A stretch of 27,364 nt of DNA, taken from IMG/VR virus record IMGVR_UViG_2529292733_000001; one strand, 5' to 3'. The notes beneath the pieces are model-generated. The model did no database searches. It had not been told where the DNA came from and saw nothing but the letters and a program-made list of their open reading frames with translations. The translations under genes and the position numbers were made by a program. The DNA is from a virus. Positions 1 through 7,148 of this stretch are shown here, in pieces (the stretch's first letter is position 1; every line of letters begins with the position of its first letter).

Positions 1-288
1 ATGAGTTCTGAGAATCCACAACACCAAGACAGCGGTGCGTTGGACGTCGAGAGTGGGCAAATCACCTGCGGTAGCAAAGCCCGTCGGAAGCTCTACGAGC
101 TCGAAGGTGTCGACGACCGGGTGACGTTCGTCGGTGACGCTCTCGACGCCGGTCGGCAAGCCGAGGAGAACGAATACCCGCGCGGAGAGTCCGACGACGA
201 GAGCACGGTCGACGTGCCGCGCGGTGAGGTCGACGAGGAAGTCAAGGAGATCGTCGAGCGCGCCCAGGAGGACGGTTCCGATGAGTGA
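1..288 (+). CDS. Acidic hypothetical viral protein (95 aa)
   Basis: ATG at 1, halophile-type acidic composition, stop overlaps the next ATG (ATGAGTGA 281-288). Confidence 0.7.
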   Translation: MSSENPQHQDSGALDVESGQITCGSKARRKLYELEGVDDRVTFVGDALDAGRQAEENEYPRGESDDESTVDVPRGEVDEEVKEIVERAQEDGSDE

Positions 289-583
289 GCGCGAACTCGC
301 GGACCGGGTTTCCGACCTCGAACGCGACGTCTACGGGTACGACACCACCACCTCGCCAGGGAAAGCAGTAGCCGCGAACATCAAGCGTGTGGTCGTGTTC
401 CTCGATGGCGTCGTCGACGAAGACGAGGGCGAAGATGCACCGCGAGGCGTTGCTCTCGAAGACGTCTACGCGGTCGCCGAAGTCCTCAACATCGATCGAG
501 AACTCGCCGAACAGGCCCATGCTCGGCTCCGGCGGATCGGTGAGGTCTACGAGCCCGCTGACGGGAGGACGTGCCCGACATGA
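281..583 (+). CDS. Small protein with MCM C-terminal-like winged-helix domain (100 aa)
   Basis: ATG at 281 is coupled to the upstream stop. The C-terminus GVALEDVYAVAEVLNIDRELAEQAHARLRRIGEVYEP matches, from memory, the haloarchaeal MCM tail (G.P...V...AE..GMD...AE..I.KL...GEVYEP). Confidence 0.65.
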   Translation: MSERELADRVSDLERDVYGYDTTTSPGKAVAANIKRVVVFLDGVVDEDEGEDAPRGVALEDVYAVAEVLNIDRELAEQAHARLRRIGEVYEPADGRTCPT

Positions 584-1221
584 GCGAGTCTCCTGCTGCT
601 GTCGAAGAGATGACTCGCGAAGACCTGGAGGACGAGGTCGAGGCCCTCCGAGAGCACACTCGACGGCTCGACGACCGGATCGGCGAGCTCGACCGGAAGA
701 ACGCGCTCGTCATCGCGAGTGTTCGGGCTCTCGTTTCGAGTGCCGATGTCGAAGTTGGCGAGGACGATGACCCACTCGTTGCGATGCGAGAGGCGGCTAC
801 CCAGGTCAACGATGATTTCGAGGACGTTCAGACAGCGGTGTCGGCGCACGGTGAGCAGCTGAGCGCGATCGCCGACGTCGGCGGTAAGAAGACCTCGAAG
901 GACGAGAAGATCACCGCGATCGCGACGTTCGCGATGCGAAAGAGTGACTCCAACTCCTCGAAGGTGCTCGTCGACGCCGGCGAGATACAGGGCTGTGTCG
1001 ACTGCTCGCGACGCTACGCCTACGACCTCATCGACGACCTCGCTGAGGACGACCGTGCGGAGTGGGCGTCGCTCCAGAAGGCCGAGAGCGTCCCGACCCA
1101 CAAAGGACACCGCGAGAAAAAGAAGGCGCTCCGGGTCGACGTCGACGTTCTCCGGGAGAGTTCACAGGACCAGGGGGTTGTGAACAAGTTCACCACACGA
1201 TCCCCCACAGGAGGGGTCTAA
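580..1221 (+). CDS. Coiled-coil plus C-terminal HTH/winged-helix protein, candidate replication or regulatory protein (213 aa)
   Basis: ATGA overlap at 580-583. Heptad-like N-terminus (EDEVEALREHTRRLDDRIGELD) and HTH-like VDAGEIQGCVDCSRRYAYDLIDDL. Confidence 0.7.
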   Translation: MSESPAAVEEMTREDLEDEVEALREHTRRLDDRIGELDRKNALVIASVRALVSSADVEVGEDDDPLVAMREAATQVNDDFEDVQTAVSAHGEQLSAIADVGGKKTSKDEKITAIATFAMRKSDSNSSKVLVDAGEIQGCVDCSRRYAYDLIDDLAEDDRAEWASLQKAESVPTHKGHREKKKALRVDVDVLRESSQDQGVVNKFTTRSPTGGV

Positions 1222-1395
1222 GATGGACCACTATCAGAGAGGTATCCCACCTCCCCTGATCTCCTACGAATCTTAGCTTGTGCTGTGTAGTGTAAGTTAA
1301 GGTTCATTACCTGTGGGTGAACTCCCTGTGTGCCGCTATGCGCTTGTCGCATCGCGGTTCACAGACCCCGATTCGTGTGGTGAACCAGTTCACAA
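1160..1395. repeat. Cluster of GTGAAC/GTTCAC hexamers including a 23-bp inverted repeat (1178-1200 / 1373-1395); candidate operator or origin iterons
   Basis: Hexamers at 1160, 1180, 1188, 1317, 1357, 1380 and 1388. TTGTGAACAAGTTCACCACACGA versus TCGTGTGGTGAACCAGTTCACAA is 21/23 reverse-complementary. Confidence 0.8.
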
Positions 1396-1453
1396 GGCTG
1401 GCTCATGACACGTCTCCCTGAAATAATCTCGAAATCGCGGCACGACTCCCGAA

Positions 1454-2554
1454 ATGCACGACATCACAACTCACGGCGCGGCGAACCGAACAGGCTTCTA
1501 CACGTACCTCCTCGCGAAGGGCGGTTCGTGGAAACCGAAGCAGAACACCGAGGATCCCGACCGCATCGAACAAAACGGTCGACGCGCGTCCGGCAAACTC
1601 AGCGGTGCCTACCGCGACTCCTACGGATTCGAGGGCGTCCTCATCGACGCGAACTTCGACGGCGGTCTCGACTGCATCACGATCGACGGCACCGACTACA
1701 CTCCGAAGGAACTCAAGCGAACACTCCCGCTTGATCTCTCCTCGAGCTCGAACGGAAGCGGCGGAACCTCCGGACACGGTGGGAGGTCGGGAACGATTTC
1801 GAACCCACCGAGTCGCGGTGACGGCTCCTCGTCGGGTGACTGGGGTGGCACCCCACTCTCACGACGGCGCGAGCTCGCCGGGAACTCGCACGGCCAGAGC
1901 ACGGTCGAGCTCGCGACGCAAGGCGTGGTCGGCCAGTACAACGAGTTCCTCGAAGAGATGCCGTTCCCGGTCGAACGCGATGCAAGCCTCATCGTCTCGA
2001 ACGGAGTCTACAACACCGGCGCGGTCCAGGGGACGATCCTCACCTGGGGAGGGAGCCCATCGATCCGCGTGATCGGCAACCCCGAGGATCCCTACGCGGT
2101 CGTGATGAAGGGTAACCACAACTTCGTCGACCTCGCGAAGGCCGAGCACTTCATGTGCCGCGGCATGACCTGGGGACGAACGCAGTTCGCAGGCTGTGCG
2201 AACCCCTACATGCGGGACATGGTGTTCACCGACCGCTGGGGGAAAGAGCAGTCCTCGATCGGTGGCAAGCCGGCCCGAGGTCGGTTCATCAATTGTGACA
2301 TCGGTCACAGGAACGCTCCCGACGAGTACGCCGCCTACTACTACGGCGGCGGTGCCGTCCACTTCGACCGCGGCAACACCTTCCGCGCCACTGGTCCGGC
2401 CTACATCGGTGTGAACAACACCGTGAAGCTCTACATCGACGGCTCGAATCACTGGGCCTCGGGCGACAAGGAGATCGTCGAGAACTCGGGGATTCGACCC
2501 TCGGACCTCCACGGCGGAATGAACATCATCGACGCCGGGGTTAGAGTCGCGTGA
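1454..2554 (+). CDS. Modular protein: N-terminal haloarchaeal cell-surface-type domain, Ser/Gly linker, C-terminal pectin-lyase-like parallel beta-helix (366 aa)
   Basis: N-terminus D.IEQNG..ASGKLSGA..DSYGFEG......G....I.IDG; linker SSSSNGSGGTSGHGG; beta-helix cap-like LIVSNGVY..IRVIGNPEDPYAVV followed by short beta-strand/Gly/Asn turns. Confidence 0.6.
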   Translation: MHDITTHGAANRTGFYTYLLAKGGSWKPKQNTEDPDRIEQNGRRASGKLSGAYRDSYGFEGVLIDANFDGGLDCITIDGTDYTPKELKRTLPLDLSSSSNGSGGTSGHGGRSGTISNPPSRGDGSSSGDWGGTPLSRRRELAGNSHGQSTVELATQGVVGQYNEFLEEMPFPVERDASLIVSNGVYNTGAVQGTILTWGGSPSIRVIGNPEDPYAVVMKGNHNFVDLAKAEHFMCRGMTWGRTQFAGCANPYMRDMVFTDRWGKEQSSIGGKPARGRFINCDIGHRNAPDEYAAYYYGGGAVHFDRGNTFRATGPAYIGVNNTVKLYIDGSNHWASGDKEIVENSGIRPSDLHGGMNIIDAGVRVA

Positions 2555-2760
2555 ACCACCAGACGCTCTTGCGTCGCGCGGGTGGCGCGTTCATCTCGAT
2601 CGCGCTGGTCAGTGGGGTCTACACGCTGGTCGAGGCGTTCGTCGGCCCGACCGCCGCCGCGATCGCCGCGGTGTTCGTCGTCGGGTTCGCGCTCTACGCC
2701 GCCGGCCAGCCGGCCGGGACCGCTCTCGGTGCCGACAACCTGGAGGACCAGTATGACTGA
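2551..2760 (+). CDS. Small 2-TM membrane protein (69 aa)
   Basis: GTGA overlap with the upstream stop. Two hydrophobic stretches (AFISIALVSGVYTLV; AAAIAAVFVVGFALYAA). Confidence 0.75.
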   Translation: MNHQTLLRRAGGAFISIALVSGVYTLVEAFVGPTAAAIAAVFVVGFALYAAGQPAGTALGADNLEDQYD

Positions 2761-3001
2761 CGCGCTCGTGTGCAACCGCTGTGGCGAGGCCGTCCCTCGC
2801 GAAGAGTGGAAGCGCAACCTCAACGGCACGATCGAATTCAACTTCCTCGAGGCGGGGACGATGGGGGAGTACGAGCGCGGCCCGAAAACAGCGCATCTGT
2901 GTGGTGAGTGCGCGGGTGACTTCGCCGACGAATGTGACATCGAGATCCCGGATAAATGGACTCGTGGGCTCGAAGACGACCAGGAGGGTGACGGTGCCTA
3001 A
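2753..3001 (+). CDS. Zn-finger protein, CxxC...CxxC (82 aa)
   Basis: ATG at 2753 overlaps the upstream gene end. CNRC and CGEC motifs. Confidence 0.75.
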   Translation: MTDALVCNRCGEAVPREEWKRNLNGTIEFNFLEAGTMGEYERGPKTAHLCGECAGDFADECDIEIPDKWTRGLEDDQEGDGA

Positions 3002-3167
3002 CTGCAACAACTGCGAGTCGTTCGTCACCGAGGGCTACGTCCGCGTGTTCGCGCCGAGTCACCTTGATACGGTCCGCGTCTGCCCTCAGTATCCGGACAT
3101 GGTCCGCGAGGGCGGCGAGGTCCGTGAAGCCCGCTCACCGCGACACCAGGTCGGTGATGACTCGTGA
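2994..3167 (+). CDS. Small haloarchaeal CPxC-related Zn-finger protein (57 aa), fourth Cys replaced by Tyr
   Basis: GTG 2994 after GGAGGGTGA. MPNCNNCESFVTEGYVRVFAP...RVCPQYPDMVREGGEVREAR resembles a widespread haloarchaeal small-protein family (recalled as DUF7563-like). Confidence 0.75.
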   Translation: MPNCNNCESFVTEGYVRVFAPSHLDTVRVCPQYPDMVREGGEVREARSPRHQVGDDS

Positions 3168-3367
3168 GCAAGACCTGCACCATCTGCGGAAAACCGCTGT
3201 CCGCGAACGCGCTCTCGGGACCGGCTCACGGTCGCAAGCACCGCAACGAGTTCGAGCGGAAGGTGGGCCGAGAACCCGAGGACTACAACGAGGTCCGCGC
3301 GTTCTTCAGCGGCGAACTCACCATCGGGTACCCGACCGAACAGGCTCAACTGGGGTGCTTCGCATGA
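3164..3367 (+). CDS. Small C2H2-like Zn-finger protein (67 aa)
   Basis: GTGA overlap. CTIC...HGRKH. Confidence 0.7.
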   Translation: MSKTCTICGKPLSANALSGPAHGRKHRNEFERKVGREPEDYNEVRAFFSGELTIGYPTEQAQLGCFA

Positions 3368-3660
3368 GCACCGACTACCCCACTACCGATACCGAGTCCC
3401 TCGAGGGCGACCACGTCGCGATCTGCCCGATCTGCGGAACCAGCGCGACCGGTGACACCCACCAGGCGATGTACGAGGCTACCGCCAGGCACAACAAGGA
3501 GCGCCACGCCGGCGAGCGCATCGCCCGTCCGGTGAAGCCCTCGCGAAAGCACATCCGGGCGTTCCTGAATAGCATGACTCGGCAGTACGGCAGTGACGTC
3601 GCTCGCGAGCTCCGCCGAAAGATGGCTGACGTCGAACCGTGGGGTGCTCTCGATGGTTGA
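3364..3660 (+). CDS. CPxCG / C2H2-like Zn-finger protein (98 aa)
   Basis: ATGA overlap at 3364-3367. CPICG...HNKERH. Confidence 0.7.
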   Translation: MSTDYPTTDTESLEGDHVAICPICGTSATGDTHQAMYEATARHNKERHAGERIARPVKPSRKHIRAFLNSMTRQYGSDVARELRRKMADVEPWGALDG

Positions 3661-3664
3661 GTGC

Positions 3665-3672
3665 TATATGAA
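3665..3672 (+). promoter_or_regulatory. Putative TATA box (TATATGAA) for a leaderless wHTH transcript
   Basis: About 25-32 nt upstream of ATG 3697, the usual spacing for leaderless haloarchaeal mRNAs. Confidence 0.4.
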
Positions 3673-3696
3673 CTTCTACACCATGTGCATTCAGCG

Positions 3697-3921
3697 ATGA
3701 CCGACGCTCCATCAAAATATGAGCGTTTTAGTCCCGCTACGAAGCGGACTTATGATGCACTTAGTTCTGCAGATACACCATTATCACGGGCAACTCTCCA
3801 AAGACGGACTCATCATGCTGAAAGTACTGTTCTTGAATCTCTATCTGTTCTTCGAGAAGCAAACCTAGTTAGTCAGGTTTCAAGGTGGCCTGTCCCGAAG
3901 TACGAGATCGTCAGTCAGTAG
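3697..3921 (+). CDS. Small winged-helix (MarR/ArsR-like) transcriptional regulator (74 aa; alternative GTG start 3661)
   Basis: FSPATKRTYDALSSADTPLSRATLQRRTHHAESTVLESLSVLREANLV fits a wHTH. Low-GC codon usage. Confidence 0.65.
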   Translation: MTDAPSKYERFSPATKRTYDALSSADTPLSRATLQRRTHHAESTVLESLSVLREANLVSQVSRWPVPKYEIVSQ

Positions 3922-3969
3922 CACTCCATCACCTCTCGCTTATCTACCAGATTTCGATACTGGGAAGAG

Positions 3970-5601
3970 CTAGTTATTAGTAGCTGCTATAGTCTCCACA
4001 TCATACTCCTCTGCAAAATCCATGTTTGAGTACCACGTGTCGAAGTTGTCTTCAAGACTTCTAGAATCCTCATCTCTCAGTTCGTACATCATAGACAAGT
4101 TCGAGTCTAGTGAGTTGAACGAGGTGCCTACTGACAATCCACCTTCTGGCGACAGAACAAATCGATCATGGATAGGTGTTGAGTGGTTGCCGGGGACCCA
4201 TCTTATCGCCAGACTGATTTCTTTCTCCTTGGCTTTAGATACACACTCTTCAAAGCCGGCTCGAGTCGAATCCATATATTTCGGTTTATGTCCGATTAAG
4301 ATCCAGAACTCTGCATCAGGGCTGGCTTGCTCAACAAAGCTTGAGAGGTCGTCAGGTTGCAGGTATGGGTCCATAATCTTCACTGTAGAGGTGAATCGGC
4401 TATATAATTCATCTATTACCTCTTCATAGTCATCATCTGATTCAATAACCCACGTATTTGTGGCAATGGTTGGTCCAAAATTCGTTATTCTTTCTTGCCA
4501 AATTGGGGGCCCCACTTTGTGGTCAGATTCCTCAAATATTCTTGTAGGGACCGGTATTTCAGGTTCTGAATCCGTACCCTTCCCTCCTATATTCATGTTA
4601 AGGCCAACTCCTCTCACGAGTGGAACAGATGCTTTGTCCAGTGTGAGGCCCCCCTTCTTTACAAGGCAGAACTGTTCCGAGCCTCCTGGAGCAGAGTATT
4701 CGGGAACCGGATACCGAACAGTCTCTGTTCCATCATCTACTGCTATAACCGAATTCAAATTTCGACCTCTCGCTAATTCTGCAGCTTCACTATCCGAAAT
4801 GGCATTCCCAGAACTGACGTCAACAACACTCTCATAGAGAAGGTCGCCGTATTCCTCAGTCCGAATGACTATCTCTATATCCTCTTTTTTCACTTGTTGG
4901 AGATCCACTACCCAACTATCAGCTAGATCAAGCAGGGGTTCTTCCTGAGGGATAGAAGGATCGTCATGAAGCTGCTCAATAATCCCATCTTCGGACGACT
5001 CTTGAAGATAAACAGTCGCTCGGGGGTCTTCTATCACAATTAGTTGGTTCCCAATCCTTTCCGGATGAACATCAAGTCTAAGACCATACTGGTCAGAGAG
5101 AACTTTTATCAATTCAGAGAAATTTTCTGAGTCCCATTGGTTGCCACTCAGACCCTTGGGCCAGTGCTCAAAGCACAATGCAGGAAATTTGGACCCCCAT
5201 TCACTCATTTCTTCCGACGAACGTCTGGTAACACGTACATCCGTAGTGATTGTGTCACTACCTGATTCAATATGGGGAGGTTCTATCCTCAATTTTGTAG
5301 TCCTCCCTAATTCGTCCGGGATGTATTCTAAGAGGTCATCTCTTTCATAGCGAGTGACTACCACTCGCACACCATCGCCTGCATCAAGTTCTCGTTCTTC
5401 CAAGTCGCTCGTAGTCACATAAGAAAACACGTTGAGATGCTCACGTCCCATATCCTTCCATACGCTAAGCTCAGAGATCTCGCTCAACGTAGGATGGACC
5501 TCGTTGAGTAATCTTTCCGCATTGGATTTCATATTAGAACATACCGAGAGATATTCATAATCTTTTGGCCCCTCCTTACGCAATCCTATAAGGTGAGCCA
5601 C
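3970..5601 (-). CDS. 543-aa protein with C-terminal PLD-like (DPY...HDR...GxSxNS) nuclease domain; VPA1262-like architecture; candidate defence cargo
   Basis: Long acidic ORF in low-GC DNA. VKIMDPYL (DPY at 4363-4371), IHDRFVLS (HDRF at 4159-4170), VGTSFNSL. Central YGLRLDVHPERIGN. The start could be the GTG at 5601 or a later ATG. Confidence 0.7.
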   Translation of the reverse strand: MAHLIGLRKEGPKDYEYLSVCSNMKSNAERLLNEVHPTLSEISELSVWKDMGREHLNVFSYVTTSDLEERELDAGDGVRVVVTRYERDDLLEYIPDELGRTTKLRIEPPHIESGSDTITTDVRVTRRSSEEMSEWGSKFPALCFEHWPKGLSGNQWDSENFSELIKVLSDQYGLRLDVHPERIGNQLIVIEDPRATVYLQESSEDGIIEQLHDDPSIPQEEPLLDLADSWVVDLQQVKKEDIEIVIRTEEYGDLLYESVVDVSSGNAISDSEAAELARGRNLNSVIAVDDGTETVRYPVPEYSAPGGSEQFCLVKKGGLTLDKASVPLVRGVGLNMNIGGKGTDSEPEIPVPTRIFEESDHKVGPPIWQERITNFGPTIATNTWVIESDDDYEEVIDELYSRFTSTVKIMDPYLQPDDLSSFVEQASPDAEFWILIGHKPKYMDSTRAGFEECVSKAKEKEISLAIRWVPGNHSTPIHDRFVLSPEGGLSVGTSFNSLDSNLSMMYELRDEDSRSLEDNFDTWYSNMDFAEEYDVETIAATNN

Positions 5602-5715
5602 CTCCCGAACAGTGGTAGCTCCTTATCCTTTGATGTAGCTTCCAGCCTTATTAACGAGTAATTCCCGCCCAGCTGTCGGTCGGGGATGTCCGTTCGACAG
5701 CACTCGCTATTCTCT

Positions 5716-6474
5716 ATGAGCCGAACACAAGACTCCGAACAACTGAGCGGCGCGTATCGTTGGGAACCAGAGTTCGACCACGAAACCACGTTCGTCGACG
5801 AGAACTGGGACTACCAGCCCGACGACGAACGACTCACCGACGACGACACCCAGAACACCTACACCCCACCCGAACGCGAGTTCGACCAGGACATCCGCGA
5901 CGGCTCCCTCTTCAAACAGGAGGTCCAGCAGGACGCCGAGATCTGCTCGTCCTGCTTCCTCCCGAACTACGACGTCATCATTCCCCACTCCCCGCGCCCG
6001 TCGGTCGACAAGGGGCTCGTCCGGTACTACATCCCGATCGAGAGCACCACCCACTCCGAGAACGGTGCAGCACCGCTCTGCCGAGGCCCACCGAGAGCGT
6101 GCCAGTGTGGCCGTATCGGTCCGGCTCGGATCCGCCCACTGGACAAACCCCACGTCGCCGAGTTTGCCCGGAACCTCTCACGTACCCTCACCCGGAAGCA
6201 GCGCGATCGAGAGCGCCGCGCTAACGAGGCCGAGGAGTTCGGTGCTCGAGGCAAGGCCCGGAAGCTCCGCGCTGAGGCCACCCGCTTCGAGCACGACCCG
6301 CTGCTCCTCGCGTTCCGAGCGCTGCTCCTGAAATCGAAGCACCCGATGAGCGACGACTCGAACCTTGCCACCGCGCTCGACGACGCCCGATTCTCGACGG
6401 CCTACTCATGGAGTGACTTACTCCGCGTCGACGGCCAGCAGCGGCGCGCGCTCCCCGCGCCAGCAGGAGATTGA
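5716..6474 (+). CDS. Hypothetical viral protein with CxxC and CxC motifs (252 aa)
   Basis: ATG 5716 at the return to high GC. CSSC and CQCG motifs, acidic N-terminus, basic helical C-half. Confidence 0.75.
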   Translation: MSRTQDSEQLSGAYRWEPEFDHETTFVDENWDYQPDDERLTDDDTQNTYTPPEREFDQDIRDGSLFKQEVQQDAEICSSCFLPNYDVIIPHSPRPSVDKGLVRYYIPIESTTHSENGAAPLCRGPPRACQCGRIGPARIRPLDKPHVAEFARNLSRTLTRKQRDRERRANEAEEFGARGKARKLRAEATRFEHDPLLLAFRALLLKSKHPMSDDSNLATALDDARFSTAYSWSDLLRVDGQQRRALPAPAGD

Positions 6475-6517
6475 TCGATGCTTCATGATACTCACACCCC
6501 TGATAGGACTGCAATGG

Positions 6518-6838
6518 ATGGCGAGTAGTGACCCTTCAGACACCGACCCAGTCGAGGCCGTCCGCGAGACAGTCCCGTGGACCAAGCAACTCCGTAAAGT
6601 CGTCCTCCTTCTCCTCGGGAGTGCGGCCTTCGGGATCTTCCTCTACATGATGTACCTCAAAACTCAGGGGGCACGGATCCCCTACGAGGACATCTTCATC
6701 GTGCTCGGCGTCTCCGGCGCGCTGCTTGGGGTCAACTTCGGGCTCGACCTCTTCGCCGGTCTCACCTCCGAGTACGTCAACGTCAACATCGGCCCCAACA
6801 CCGATACCGACTCCGACGACCGCGACCGGGGGCGCTAA
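6518..6838 (+). CDS. 2-TM membrane protein, holin-like candidate (106 aa)
   Basis: Hydrophobic VVLLLLGSAAFGIFLYMMYL and IFIVLGVSGALLGVNFGL. Start assigned to ATG 6518. Confidence 0.7.
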   Translation: MASSDPSDTDPVEAVRETVPWTKQLRKVVLLLLGSAAFGIFLYMMYLKTQGARIPYEDIFIVLGVSGALLGVNFGLDLFAGLTSEYVNVNIGPNTDTDSDDRDRGR

Positions 6839-6839
6839 C

Positions 6840-7148
6840 GTGACCCTCTCCGTCGAGCCGGAGTTCCTCTTGCTCGTCGCGAGTGGGCTGTGGGTGCTGT
6901 GCGGTCTCGTCTCCGGCCTCCTCGCCCCGCCGCTCATCCGCCTCGAAGCCGCGTTGCTGTTCGTGCTTCTCGGTGTGATCGGTGGGGGTGCTGGCCTCGC
7001 GATTATCCTTCCGTCAGAGGACTCGGGCCTGTTGCTCGTCACCGCCATCTTCGGCTTCGGCCTCCTGCCGTTGCTCGCGACGACCTACCTCATGCTCGTC
7101 TTCCCGTCGCGCCTCCAGCGCCGACGGATCGCCAACCAACAGCAGTGA
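6840..7148 (+). CDS. 3-TM membrane protein with basic C-terminus, holin-like candidate (102 aa)
   Basis: GTG 1 nt after the upstream stop. Three hydrophobic segments, tail SRLQRRRIANQQQ. Confidence 0.7.
   Translation: MTLSVEPEFLLLVASGLWVLCGLVSGLLAPPLIRLEAALLFVLLGVIGGGAGLAIILPSEDSGLLLVTAIFGFGLLPLLATTYLMLVFPSRLQRRRIANQQQ

Larger units (their letters stand above)
3660..5690. other. Low-GC horizontally acquired insert
   Basis: Visibly AT-richer than the flanks, with A/T-ending codons. CTAG at 3865, 3970, 4061, 4107 and 4923. Boundaries approximate. Confidence 0.8.

Noticed and set aside
134-280. Upstream extensions given by the ORF track (e.g. starts at 134, 2582, 2781, 3064, 6365, 6726, 9210, 16020, 16153)
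   Set aside because: The extensions are R/S/T-rich shadows overlapping the previous gene. Coupled ATG/GTG starts at the upstream stops are more plausible.
1178-1395. Invertible segment or MITE bounded by the 23-bp inverted repeat
   Set aside because: The central dinucleotides are incompatible for inversion (AA versus TG when aligned). There is no clear target duplication, no recombinase or transposase in the window, and the left arm is coding. Protein-binding sites fit better.
1405-1734. 109-aa Arg-rich ORF
   Set aside because: Off-frame shadow of the 1454-2554 gene, with composition unlike halophile proteins.
4022-5350. Plus-strand ORFs (4022-4429, 4460-4837, 5141-5350) in the low-GC insert
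   Set aside because: Ser-rich antisense shadows of the 543-aa minus-strand gene, with no motifs.
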